A DNA stretch of 40,296 nt from an uncultured Bacilli bacterium. GTDB taxonomy: Bacteria; Bacillota_I; Bacilli_A; RF39; UBA660. Of this stretch, positions 18,929 through 28,523 are shown piece after piece (position 1 is the stretch's first letter; each line of letters opens with the position of its first letter). Below the pieces are notes generated by a model. It saw only the letters and a list, made by a program, of their open reading frames with translations, did no database searches and was not told where the DNA came from. Made by a program: the position numbers and the translations under genes. Location: NCBI GenBank assembly GCA_944363685.1, contig CALVUV010000001.1:1-40296 (forward strand). The letters run 5' to 3'.

Positions 18929-19064
18929 AAAAATCACCTCAATAATATTATTTTCAAAAAAATGTCATATTATGTAAATGATTAAATATTTTTATTATTT
19001 GCTTTTATAAAATAATTTTTTAAGATATAATTTAATTATAATAATATTGGTGAGGAGTGAATTT

Positions 19065-20354
19065 ATGAATAAGAAAAAAGCAATCGCCACTATAACAATA
19101 ATTATAGCGGTAGGTTTATTAGTAGCAGGAGGTATATTAATTTATCAAAATTATTCTAACAAAAACAGGATAATAACTTCATTTAATGAATTAAAAACAG
19201 CTTTAGAAGAAACACTTAATCTTAATAAAGAAGATGAATCTACAAGTATAAAACAGACTGTAACTGGTTCTACTACCTTTAACATTAATACAATGCTTGG
19301 AAACAGTGAAGATGGAACTGATGTCATAATTAACAATTTGAATAGTAGTATTTTCAATTATGAATATCGTCTTGATACTGAATCAAAAAGAATGTATTTA
19401 GATGGTTCTCTACTATTAAATAATATAGAAATGTTAGGAATTAATTTCTATCAAGCAGAAGATATCAGTTATGTATTTTTAAGAAATATCTTTGATAAAT
19501 ATATTGTTATTGAAGATAGTGATATTTTTAGTTATTTAGAAGAGAATAAAACAACTAAAGAAGACATTAATTATATTTATGATAAAATAATAGAAAGCCT
19601 TGGTAATAACGTTACAACTGATGATATAAAAGTTACTAGTGTTGATGGTAAAAAGAAAATAAGTCTAGAATTAAATGAAAAAAGACTTAATGAAATTAGT
19701 AAGGTTATTATAGATGATTTAAAGAAAGATAATAAAGCAAAAGAAATACTTGGAGAAAACTTAGATAATCTTGATACTTCTACTGAAACAACTAAAAATA
19801 ACAACAACAACAATTATATAAGTTATAGTATTTATCTTGATAAAGGAAATATTACAACATATGAATTTGGTTTAAACAATGATGACACTAATTACAATAT
19901 AGAATTTAATAATGGTAATGAAAAAAGTATTATTATTAAAGAAAACGATGTAGAAGCTCTAAAGGGTATTATAAGAAAAAACAATGATAATACAACTATT
20001 GAATTAAGTAGTGATAACATTAATCTAGGTACCATCACAATTAATGATAACAATATTAATATAAATATTATTTTAGATGAAGAGACTAACACAATTATTA
20101 CTGCAGATATTACTAGTAGTACTACTGATAATAATATAATTACAAACTTTAATATGGCACTTTCTAGTAATGGAAGTAACATAGATATAATAAAAGTTAC
20201 TGATACTAAACAAATAATTGAAAATACAGCAGACTTTTCTAATATTAATCCTACTAATAACATTGATATTAATAGTTTAACAGAAGAAGATTTAACAACT
20301 ATAGAAAATAATTTAACAACTATTCTATATAACTTTATGGGATTTGCAATGTAA
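19065..20354 (+). CDS. membrane-anchored Asn/Thr/Ile-rich hypothetical protein
   Basis: The ATG at 19065 follows GAGGAGTG. There is a single N-terminal TM helix, a low-complexity N-rich body and no C-terminal sorting signal. Confidence 0.6.
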   Translation: MNKKKAIATITIIIAVGLLVAGGILIYQNYSNKNRIITSFNELKTALEETLNLNKEDESTSIKQTVTGSTTFNINTMLGNSEDGTDVIINNLNSSIFNYEYRLDTESKRMYLDGSLLLNNIEMLGINFYQAEDISYVFLRNIFDKYIVIEDSDIFSYLEENKTTKEDINYIYDKIIESLGNNVTTDDIKVTSVDGKKKISLELNEKRLNEISKVIIDDLKKDNKAKEILGENLDNLDTSTETTKNNNNNNYISYSIYLDKGNITTYEFGLNNDDTNYNIEFNNGNEKSIIIKENDVEALKGIIRKNNDNTTIELSSDNINLGTITINDNNININIILDEETNTIITADITSSTTDNNIITNFNMALSSNGSNIDIIKVTDTKQIIENTADFSNINPTNNIDINSLTEEDLTTIENNLTTILYNFMGFAM

Positions 20355-20378
20355 AAAGAAGCGAAATGCTTCTTTTTT
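20355..20378 (+). terminator. rho-independent terminator
   Basis: Stem AGAAGC / GCTTCT with loop GAAAT, followed by TTTTT. Confidence 0.65.
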
Positions 20379-20466
20379 ATCTATAAGGAATACTCTAGCC
20401 AATAACCCATTTCTTAACTTAATTAATACATCTTTAATATTCATACTAATTCTCCTAAATAATTAA

Positions 20467-20543
20467 TGGTGTCCACGACAGGAATCGAACCTGTGACCTC
20501 TTCCTTCGGAGGGAAACGCTCTATCCTACTGAGCTACGTGAAC
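20467..20543 (-). tRNA. tRNA-Arg (anticodon CCG), CCA encoded
   Basis: The reverse complement folds as a cloverleaf: acceptor GTTCACG/CGTGGAC, D arm TAGCTCAGTAGGATAGAGC, anticodon loop CTCCGAA, and T arm CAGGTTCGATTCCTG. Confidence 0.9.
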
Positions 20544-20651
20544 ATAACTAAATTATAACACATTTTACAATTATTAACACTTACAATTTGACAAAATAAT
20601 AAAAATGAACATAAACTAATATTAAGGATAAATTAAATGGAGGTAATAATT

Positions 20652-20785
20652 TATCTTAGCGCCAGAACCATTTTGGTTGACGAGGTTGATAGTTATCGAA
20701 TCTTCGGCGGATGCTATCACGGTTACTAGTCGTTAGATATATGTTAAAAAATAAAATCAATATTATAACAAAGCATATATCAAAG
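20652..20785 (+). promoter_or_regulatory. glmS ribozyme/riboswitch
   Basis: The conserved core AGCGCCAGAAC..GACGAGG..CGAA..TTCGGCGGATGC lies directly upstream of glmS. The predicted cleavage site is between A20658 and G20659. The P4-like stem is GATATATG / CATATATC. Confidence 0.85.
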
Positions 20786-20799
20786 TAGAAGGAGAAGTT

Positions 20800-22599
20800 A
20801 TGTGTGGAATCGTTGGGGCCATTTCTAAAGATAGAAATATATTGCCCATTTTAATAACCGGATTAAAAAATCTTGAATATAGAGGTTATGACTCAGCAGG
20901 AGTTGCCTATCTTAAAAATAATAAAATTAATATTATAAAAACTAGAGGTAAAGTTAATAAACTTGAAAATAAATTAAATAAAAATGAAATAAGTAATATA
21001 GGTATCGCTCATACTAGATGGGCCACTCATGGTAAAGCAACTAGCAATAATGCTCATCCTCATAGATATAAACATATCACTATTGTTCATAATGGAATAA
21101 TAGAAAACTATGAAGAAATGAAAAATACTCTCTTAAAAGAAAAATATAGTTTTAAAACAGATACTGATACAGAAATAGCCGCTGGATTATTAAATTACTA
21201 TTATGAAAAATTTAATGATATTAATAAAGTTATAAAAGAATTTATGAATAAAGTCATAGGTAGTTATGCAATTGTTATCATGATAGATAATGATGTAGAT
21301 AATCTCTATTGTTTAAAAAAAGAAAGTCCTATTGTTATAGGTATTAATGATAATATTAATATAATCGCTAGTGATATAAGAGCTATTACAAAATATACAG
21401 ATAAATATTATACATTAAATGATTATGAATATGCTAAAGTAAATATTAATGATATTATTATTTATGATAAAGATAACAATATTATAAAAAAAGATATAAA
21501 AGAATATAAAGAAGAGAATAACAATAACTCTAAAGGTCATTATAAACATTATATGTTAAAAGAAATAATGGAACAAAAAGAAACAATCTATAATACTGTT
21601 AAACCTTATATAAATAGTATAGGATCTTTATTAAAATTACCTGATTTAACTAAATATAAAGAAATATCTATTGTTGGTTGCGGTACTGCATATCACGCCG
21701 GTTTAGTTGCAAAATATCTTTTTGAAGAATTAACTAATACAAGATGTAATGTCTATTTAGCAAGTGAATATAGATATCAAAATAACTTTCTATCTAAAGA
21801 TACTTTAACCATCTTTATTTCTCAATCAGGAGAAACTGCAGATACTATATCAGCTTTAAAATTAGTTAAGAGTAAAAACTACCCTACTCTTGGAATAATA
21901 AACGTTAAAGAAACTACCATCTCTTCTTTAGTAGATACTTGTCTATATACAAAAGCAGGTAATGAAATAGCAGTTGCATCTACTAAAGCATATACCGCTC
22001 AAATTAGTATTCTATCATTACTTGTTTTAGTAACTGGATATAGAAATAAGACTATTAATGAAAATAAAGTTTTAGAAGTATTAAATGAATTTAAAGATAT
22101 AGATAATTTAGTAACTCCCCTATTAAATAAAAAGAATACATACTTATCAATCGCCAAAAAAATATATAAAGAAAAAGACATTTTCTATATAGGTAGAGGT
22201 TTAGACTATTATCTTAGTATGGAAGGAGCTTTAAAATTAAAAGAAATATCTTATATTCATAGTGAATCATATGCAGCAGGAGAATTAAAACACGGTACTA
22301 TTTCATTAATAGAAAAAAATACTAAAGTATTATCTAGCGCTACTAATACTAAGCTAAACTCTAAAACTATTAGTAATTTAAAAGAAGTATTAGCACGAGG
22401 AGCAGATATTTATTTAATAACTGATGAAAACTATAAAGATGATACTTTTACTATTATAAATATACCTAAAGCAAGTTATTTCATTAAACCTATATTAGTT
22501 ATTATTCCATATCAATTGATCGCTTATTATACTGCATTATTAAAAGGAACAAATATAGATAAACCAAAGAATTTAGCAAAATCTGTAACAGTAGAATAA
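20800..22599 (+). CDS. glmS: glutamine--fructose-6-phosphate aminotransferase (isomerizing)
   Basis: MCGIVG N-terminal nucleophile, two SIS domains, and the C-terminal KPKNLAKSVTVE. Confidence 0.95.
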   Translation: MCGIVGAISKDRNILPILITGLKNLEYRGYDSAGVAYLKNNKINIIKTRGKVNKLENKLNKNEISNIGIAHTRWATHGKATSNNAHPHRYKHITIVHNGIIENYEEMKNTLLKEKYSFKTDTDTEIAAGLLNYYYEKFNDINKVIKEFMNKVIGSYAIVIMIDNDVDNLYCLKKESPIVIGINDNINIIASDIRAITKYTDKYYTLNDYEYAKVNINDIIIYDKDNNIIKKDIKEYKEENNNNSKGHYKHYMLKEIMEQKETIYNTVKPYINSIGSLLKLPDLTKYKEISIVGCGTAYHAGLVAKYLFEELTNTRCNVYLASEYRYQNNFLSKDTLTIFISQSGETADTISALKLVKSKNYPTLGIINVKETTISSLVDTCLYTKAGNEIAVASTKAYTAQISILSLLVLVTGYRNKTINENKVLEVLNEFKDIDNLVTPLLNKKNTYLSIAKKIYKEKDIFYIGRGLDYYLSMEGALKLKEISYIHSESYAAGELKHGTISLIEKNTKVLSSATNTKLNSKTISNLKEVLARGADIYLITDENYKDDTFTIINIPKASYFIKPILVIIPYQLIAYYTALLKGTNIDKPKNLAKSVTVE

Positions 22600-22627
22600 A
22601 TATGTTATAATATCACTAGGTGGTAAT

Positions 22628-23329
22628 ATGGAGTATTTTACTATAGATAATAGAAAAATAATTATAGATGATAGCATTTTAAGTAATTATATAAATAGTG
22701 GTGAATATGGAGATATCTATAGATATAATGAAAATCAATGTATAAAAATATATAAAAACAAAGAGTTTAAAGTTAAATATTTTCTAACAACATACCTTTT
22801 TAACTATTTAAAAGAAATAGAAAGTGAAAACTTAGTAGCTATAGATGAATTATTATATGAAAATAATAAAAATAGATTTCAAGCAGACGCTTACATAATG
22901 GAATATTATAAAGCAATCTATCAAAATATATTATTAATACCAAGTGACTATTTAATAGAAAATATAGAAAATCTTTTAATATTAAGTAAAGAACTTAGTA
23001 AAAGATATATTATTCTTGATGATTTAAAAAAAGATAATACTATTTTTACCAAAGATAAAATAGTACTAATAGATAATGAACACTATATATTAAATAGAAA
23101 TATAAGTCAAAGAGAAATATTTCATACCAATAATTCAAATATTTCCTGTCTATTTAATCAGATGTTACTAAAAGAATTAAGAAAATACTACAATAGTCAA
23201 ACAAGTGCTATCTATACTGATAAATTATTTCCAGTAACAACAAGAAGTACTACAATAGTTAATACTCTAACTAAACGATTAAATAGATATAAAAGACCAA
23301 TGGATTACATAAATGATAATAGAATTTAA
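22628..23329 (+). CDS. hypothetical protein with protein-kinase-like motifs
   Basis: GEYGDIY is glycine-loop-like, CIKIYK is VAIK-like, ILDDLKKDNTIF resembles the catalytic loop D-x-K-x-x-N, and LIDNE is DFG-like. AGGTGG ribosome-binding site, 28 nt after glmS. Confidence 0.4.
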   Translation: MEYFTIDNRKIIIDDSILSNYINSGEYGDIYRYNENQCIKIYKNKEFKVKYFLTTYLFNYLKEIESENLVAIDELLYENNKNRFQADAYIMEYYKAIYQNILLIPSDYLIENIENLLILSKELSKRYIILDDLKKDNTIFTKDKIVLIDNEHYILNRNISQREIFHTNNSNISCLFNQMLLKELRKYYNSQTSAIYTDKLFPVTTRSTTIVNTLTKRLNRYKRPMDYINDNRI

Positions 23330-23382
23330 AAAAAGATATTGCCAAATATCTTTTTTCATGTTATTATTGATATGTCAGTTTT

Positions 23383-23459
23383 GGCGAGATAGCTCAGTTG
23401 GCTAGAGCGCTCGGTTCATACCCGAAAGGTCGAGGGTTCGAATCCCCCTCTCGCTACCA
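23383..23459 (+). tRNA. tRNA-Met (anticodon CAU, elongator type), CCA encoded
   Basis: GGCGAGATAGCTCAGTTGGCTAGAGCG..GGTTCATACCCG..GGTTCGAATCC..CGCTACCA. The anticodon arm closely resembles Bacillus elongator tRNA-Met. A lysidine-modified Ile-CAU identity cannot be excluded from sequence alone. Confidence 0.85.
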
Positions 23460-23470
23460 TTAAGATATTT

Positions 23471-23495
23471 AAAACAACCATTTAGGTTGTTTTTA
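23471..23495. terminator. bidirectional terminator
   Basis: Stem AAACAACC / GGTTGTTT with loop ATTTA, between tRNA-Met and the convergent GDPD gene. Confidence 0.6.
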
Positions 23496-24188
23496 TTATT
23501 TAATAATTCCTTTCTCTTCACATATCAAATTATTACTATATTTTTTATACTTAATAAATTCATCTTTAGTCTTTATAGTCCAAATAAATAACTCTTTATT
23601 TGTTTTCTCTTTTACTTTAAATACTAACTCCATTGGACTAGAAACAAAATCACAATACTTTCTTTTAATTAAATAATTATATATATAACAATTATAAAAA
23701 TATCTCTTTAACCCATTATAACTATTAGTAAGTAAAATACCTATATCATACCTAGAAAGACTACTTAAACTAATTCTTCTAATTACTAAAGGATTAAAAC
23801 TCTGTAATAACACCTTACCATTATAATCTAATAATAATTTATTTAATTCTTTTAAAGACATAATTGAAAACAACTCTTTAATCTCTATTAATAGAATACA
23901 TCTACCACTAACTAAATTTAATACATCTTCTAATAAAGGAATAGTATCATCAGTACCTAATAATTTAATACTCTTCAACTCTTCATAATTAGTATCTCTA
24001 ACTAACTTATTAACCCCTGTAAGACGCTTTAAATTATCATCATGAAAGACAATAATCTTTTTATCTTTAGTTAATCTAATATCAAATTCTATATTAAGAT
24101 TATCTTTTAAAGCTCTCTTAAAAGCTGGAATAGTATTTTCTACTATTTTTTTATTATCAAATAATCCTCTATGAGCATATATATTCAT
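23496..24188 (-). CDS. glycerophosphodiester phosphodiesterase
   Basis: GDPD motifs: HRG, ENTIPAF, IEFDIRLTKDKKIIVFHDDNL. Confidence 0.85.
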   Translation of the reverse strand: MNIYAHRGLFDNKKIVENTIPAFKRALKDNLNIEFDIRLTKDKKIIVFHDDNLKRLTGVNKLVRDTNYEELKSIKLLGTDDTIPLLEDVLNLVSGRCILLIEIKELFSIMSLKELNKLLLDYNGKVLLQSFNPLVIRRISLSSLSRYDIGILLTNSYNGLKRYFYNCYIYNYLIKRKYCDFVSSPMELVFKVKEKTNKELFIWTIKTKDEFIKYKKYSNNLICEEKGIIK

Positions 24189-24776
24189 CTAACCATCCTC
24201 TTCTATTTTAATCCCTAACAAAAGACTTAAATCTAAGGCCCCTCTAATATTAACAATAACTCCTCTTAAATCTTCTAAAGATACTTTAATATTATTAATA
24301 TTACATGTATTTAACTTTATTTTATCTAATGAAGTATGTAAAATTTCAACTTCTTCTAAATTACAATAATTAAATTCTATTTTCTTAAATTTAACTTCAT
24401 TAAAACTAGCATTCTTTAGTGAACAATTATTAAACTTAAAATTATTAAATTTAACTAAAGAAAAATTACTATAATCCAAATTAGAATCACTAATAATAGA
24501 CTCTATAAGTATACTACCACTAAAATCTATTCCTAATAAATTACAATTAATAAATGTCAATCCCCTTATTCCATTATTACTAAAATTAGCATTACGAAAA
24601 TCACAATTTTTAAACTTACAATCTTTAAAATCTATTTTCTCTAAATCACAATTACTAAAATCAATATTAGTAAAAGAACAATCTCTAAAAGTTAAATAAT
24701 AAGAAGTATTAGAAAACTTATCATCAAAATATTCTTTATTATAAAATGTCTCATCATCAACAAATTCATTAAACAT
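24189..24776 (-). CDS. pentapeptide repeat protein
   Basis: A continuous A(D/N)LXX-type five-residue periodicity, for example FSNCDLEKIDFKDCKFKNCDFRNANFSNN. Its stop codon abuts the GDPD start codon. Confidence 0.85.
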   Translation of the reverse strand: MFNEFVDDETFYNKEYFDDKFSNTSYYLTFRDCSFTNIDFSNCDLEKIDFKDCKFKNCDFRNANFSNNGIRGLTFINCNLLGIDFSGSILIESIISDSNLDYSNFSLVKFNNFKFNNCSLKNASFNEVKFKKIEFNYCNLEEVEILHTSLDKIKLNTCNINNIKVSLEDLRGVIVNIRGALDLSLLLGIKIEEDG

Positions 24777-24778
24777 AA

Positions 24779-25690
24779 TTACTCTTCCAATCTTTTAACT
24801 TTTACTTTAGAATCATCTATACTTCTATTAGCATTATCTAAAGATTTATCTACATCCTTTAAATTATTCTTAACATTATCTTTTATCTTATCAATAACAC
24901 TAAATAAATTTTTAAATTCTCTTTCTTCTAAATAAGCTTTATATTTATCTTTTAAATTCTTCTCTAAACTCTCTATATTATCTAAATTACCAACTAAATT
25001 TTTCTCTAAGTCTTCTAAATCATCTTTATATCCTTCTAAAGTAGTTATATACTCTTCACATAAATCTATATAATTATTTTTACTAGATGAAGTAAGTTCA
25101 CTAATAACTTTATAAGATAAATAACTAGCAAGAACTGTACCTAAGATATTTTTATTATTTTTAAAAGATAAAAAACTACCAATAGCAAGCAACGCCTTCA
25201 TACCAAAACCTAACTTCTTAGCTTCTTCTCTTTCTATTTTTAAAAACAAGTCATCTAAATTTATACTAACTGTCGAAGATAAGTTATCTAATATATTACC
25301 CATTGATTTTAATTCTTTAACTTCTTTTTCTATATCACTTACAGAATCACTATCTTTATTAAAACTTTTCTTAGTACTATCAAGTTCCATTTCTTTATTA
25401 TATATTTCCGTAGCAAGTAAATCTCTTATTAACTCCACATCATTATATTCTTTATATAAAAGATACAAACTATTTAAGTCAGTATTTTCATCTTTAATTA
25501 AATCTATAATATGATTATAAAACTCTAAGTTATCTTTATCTAACTCCTCTAATTTATTTTTAGCAATATCTAATTCTTTTTTATTAGTAATAAAAGGACA
25601 CTTAGCGATTAATTTATTATAATCTATAGATTTATCTTTATTTTTTTCTCTTACTTCTTCTATATAAAGATTTATTTTCTCTTCTAGCAT
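24779..25690 (-). CDS. hypothetical coiled-coil protein with central hydrophobic helices
   Basis: The ORF has an AAGGTGA ribosome-binding site. K/E/L/D-rich heptad-like regions flank GFGMKALLAIGSFLSF..LGTVLASYLSYKVI. Confidence 0.55.
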   Translation of the reverse strand: MLEEKINLYIEEVREKNKDKSIDYNKLIAKCPFITNKKELDIAKNKLEELDKDNLEFYNHIIDLIKDENTDLNSLYLLYKEYNDVELIRDLLATEIYNKEMELDSTKKSFNKDSDSVSDIEKEVKELKSMGNILDNLSSTVSINLDDLFLKIEREEAKKLGFGMKALLAIGSFLSFKNNKNILGTVLASYLSYKVISELTSSSKNNYIDLCEEYITTLEGYKDDLEDLEKNLVGNLDNIESLEKNLKDKYKAYLEEREFKNLFSVIDKIKDNVKNNLKDVDKSLDNANRSIDDSKVKVKRLEE

Positions 25691-25707
25691 AAAATCACCT
25701 TTTAATA

Positions 25708-26493
25708 TTATACTATAATACTTTTAATAATTACATATAATTTTGTAAATAATTTCTCTATTATTGGTCTACTAATAATAAAACTAGGTTTATCTTTCTC
25801 TATATTTTTAACAACATCTTTAACTAAATCACTATAATTATACTTTTCTATTAAACTAAAAAATATCTTCTGATATTTAGTCATATTTAAAGCTTTAGAT
25901 TTTATTATATAATTATCTAACTTTTTATTTTCTATCATCAAATCATTAAAGCCAGTGTAATAGGCTCCTGGTAATATTAAGGATATACTAACATCAAGTC
26001 CTTGATATAATAGTTCTAATCTAAGGGTATTAGCAAAACTAATTAAATAAAGCTTACTAGATGTATAAGTAGATAAATATGGTAATGGTAGAAAAGCTGC
26101 TAAAGAAGAAGTAAGAAAGATTTTACCTGACTTTTTATTATAATAACAATATCTTAAATAATCTTGTATCAATCTAAAATTACCCTTAATATTAACATCA
26201 ATAACTTCATTAAATCTATTATTAGATATTTCTAAAACACTACCACCATTACTAATAGAAGCTTGTAATACTAAACAATCTATATCAAGACTATCTATTA
26301 ATTTAGAATTATCTTTAATTAAATCTAATTCTATAGGAAACATAATAATCTTTTCTAAATTAATTTTCTCATATAAACTCTTAACCTCTTCTTTAGTTTT
26401 ACACCCTGCATAAACAATATGTCCCCTTCTAGCAAGTAATTTTGCAATACTATAACCAATATTACTTCTAGCACCTGTTATTAATATATTCAT
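25708..26493 (-). CDS. SDR-family oxidoreductase
   Basis: TGARSNIGYS cofactor-binding motif (TGxxxxIG) and catalytic YTSSK (YxxxK). Confidence 0.8.
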   Translation of the reverse strand: MNILITGARSNIGYSIAKLLARRGHIVYAGCKTKEEVKSLYEKINLEKIIMFPIELDLIKDNSKLIDSLDIDCLVLQASISNGGSVLEISNNRFNEVIDVNIKGNFRLIQDYLRYCYYNKKSGKIFLTSSLAAFLPLPYLSTYTSSKLYLISFANTLRLELLYQGLDVSISLILPGAYYTGFNDLMIENKKLDNYIIKSKALNMTKYQKIFFSLIEKYNYSDLVKDVVKNIEKDKPSFIISRPIIEKLFTKLYVIIKSIIV

Positions 26494-26518
26494 CTAATCA
26501 CCCATTATTAATATAACC

Positions 26519-26550
26519 AAAAAGACCTCTATTATTTAGAAGTCTTTTTA
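26519..26550. repeat. 32-bp perfect direct repeat, copy A (stop codon plus terminator hairpin)
   Basis: AAAAAGACCTCTATTATTTAGAAGTCTTTTTA is identical to 28492-28523. On the minus strand it encodes KKTSK-stop and forms an 11-bp hairpin followed by a T-run. Confidence 0.9.
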
Positions 26551-28418
26551 AATTCTCTTTTAAATACTAAAGATGGATATTTCTTTTCTAATATACTATT
26601 TTCACATGCTGTTCTATATGTCATACCTTCTTCAATAAGCTTATCAACAGTAGAAAAGGAAGCAACATTAACAAATTTATCAAATGTTTCTTTATCAGAA
26701 GAACTAACTTTTAAATCATATTTTTCATCATCATAAACAGCAGTATGTATCTCTATATTATCTTGATATAGTTTAATTAATTTATCTCCTACATAAGAAT
26801 AATATTCACCATTAATAATATATACTCTATCTATATCTGCTTTCTCAATGCTAATATCTAAAGGAAACACTCCCAATAAATCATCATAATAATCATAAAT
26901 AAACGTTTCTTTATCAGTTTTACAAATGATTAAATCATCTAAAAACTCAATCTTAACAAATTCTCCTAATTTATCTATACACTCACTTTTCTCATCTAAA
27001 TTATCTTTTCTTTTAGCAAGCAAATAACTTTTTTCTTTTTCTAAAGAAAAATGAATATATTTTGCCTCATCCAAGTCACAATATCTACTAGGATAAGAAA
27101 TCTTTATATTTTTATATTCTTTTGGAATAATTAATTTATCTAAATAATATAGCCCTTTCTTACTATTCTTTTCTACTTCAAAATAATCTCCACCCACATG
27201 TTTAATAGAATCATTATTAGCAGATATAATACTAGGTTCTAAATCTTTAATTGAATGCATTAAACCAAATTTTTCTTTCTGTAAAAATCTTTTCTTACCA
27301 TATATAACTATTTTACCAACTTTTTCAATACTAGAACAACCATGAATAATATTTTCTTCATTCTCTTTATTATAGAAACATCTAACAATATCAGAAACAC
27401 CTTTATAAGTTAAACAATAAAGATCATCAAATAAATATCTCGCTTCATCATATACAGGTTCAATTATTTTATTATGATATCTATTTCCAATAAAAAATCC
27501 TTCATGATTATTTTTACTTAAATGAAATATTCGTCTACGAAAATATTTATATTGTTCATAATCAAAAGTAATGTCATCACAATCATCTATTAAAACTTTC
27601 ACATTAATATCTTCAGAACCATCTTTAACTAAAGAACTAAGTATTTTTTTCTTATCTCCATCTTTAACAATAAACAAATACTCCTCATATTTATTACTAC
27701 TATAATAATAAGACACTGCTTTAGCTTTTTCTTTAGTTTTAAGTATTAAATTTTTATTAGTCAAATCAAATATATTAGTATAATTGCCATCATAGCAATA
27801 AATAATATCTTCATAATTTTCATCAACTTCTATATCTAAAAATTCTTCACTTCTAGATAATAAATTCTTATTATAAGAAAAACTTTTTTTATTATCATTA
27901 CTAAAAATTGTTATATCTCTTCTTTCTTCTAAATCATCAAAATCAAAATCAGTAAGTAATCCTCTTCCTTTTTCATATAAAGCTTTCTTTCCATTAAAAG
28001 TTAAAAGTATATAATCTTCAAAATGAATTTTGTATTTTAAAGCATCATCAACTTCTATATTAAGTTTATAACGTAATTCTTGATCAAACAAATATGTCTT
28101 ATTATCTTTTTTTGACTTAACAACGCATACAGAATAATTAGTATCAACTTCTTTAACTAATTCAAAATCATAAAGAATAAATCTTTTATGCCTTAAATCA
28201 TAATAATTAAACGTCCCATCATCTTTAAGCTGTATACATCTATGATGATAAGGATCAGTTTCTATGAAATAATAATCAATTTTACCAATAATTTCATTAG
28301 TAATAAGATTATACAAACCACTTCTTCCACTTTTTGACGACTCAATAACTGCTAAATCATCAACAATTTCCTTGATATAGAAAACATCTTCTTCTTTTTT
28401 AGTAAATACTTTTCCCAT
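26532..28418 (-). CDS. hypothetical protein (628 aa), possibly degenerate WG-type repeats
   Basis: GAGGTGAGG ribosome-binding site. There are recurring segments of the form G(L/F)(Y/F/M)..x..(I/L)(I/L)xPxY(D/K), for example GLYNLITNEIIG, GFFIGNRYHNKIIEPVYDEA and KKGLYYLDKLIIPKEYKNI. Confidence 0.55.
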   Translation of the reverse strand: MGKVFTKKEEDVFYIKEIVDDLAVIESSKSGRSGLYNLITNEIIGKIDYYFIETDPYHHRCIQLKDDGTFNYYDLRHKRFILYDFELVKEVDTNYSVCVVKSKKDNKTYLFDQELRYKLNIEVDDALKYKIHFEDYILLTFNGKKALYEKGRGLLTDFDFDDLEERRDITIFSNDNKKSFSYNKNLLSRSEEFLDIEVDENYEDIIYCYDGNYTNIFDLTNKNLILKTKEKAKAVSYYYSSNKYEEYLFIVKDGDKKKILSSLVKDGSEDINVKVLIDDCDDITFDYEQYKYFRRRIFHLSKNNHEGFFIGNRYHNKIIEPVYDEARYLFDDLYCLTYKGVSDIVRCFYNKENEENIIHGCSSIEKVGKIVIYGKKRFLQKEKFGLMHSIKDLEPSIISANNDSIKHVGGDYFEVEKNSKKGLYYLDKLIIPKEYKNIKISYPSRYCDLDEAKYIHFSLEKEKSYLLAKRKDNLDEKSECIDKLGEFVKIEFLDDLIICKTDKETFIYDYYDDLLGVFPLDISIEKADIDRVYIINGEYYSYVGDKLIKLYQDNIEIHTAVYDDEKYDLKVSSSDKETFDKFVNVASFSTVDKLIEEGMTYRTACENSILEKKYPSLVFKREFKKTSK

Positions 28419-28491
28419 ACAACCTCACCTCTAAAAATAAAATATCATAAAATCTCTTAAATGTATATATTTTAGGTATATATTTTTTTAA

Positions 28492-28523
28492 AAAAAGACC
28501 TCTATTATTTAGAAGTCTTTTTA
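28492..28523. repeat. 32-bp perfect direct repeat, copy B
   Basis: Identical to 26519-26550. It covers the last five codons (KKTSK), the stop codon and the terminator of the histidine kinase gene. Confidence 0.9.

Noticed and set aside
20325-20444. 39-aa minus-strand ORF with a GGAG SD downstream of tRNA-Arg.
   Set aside because: It runs through the terminator hairpin and into the 3' end of the convergent 19065..20354 gene. It has no motif and is most likely fortuitous.
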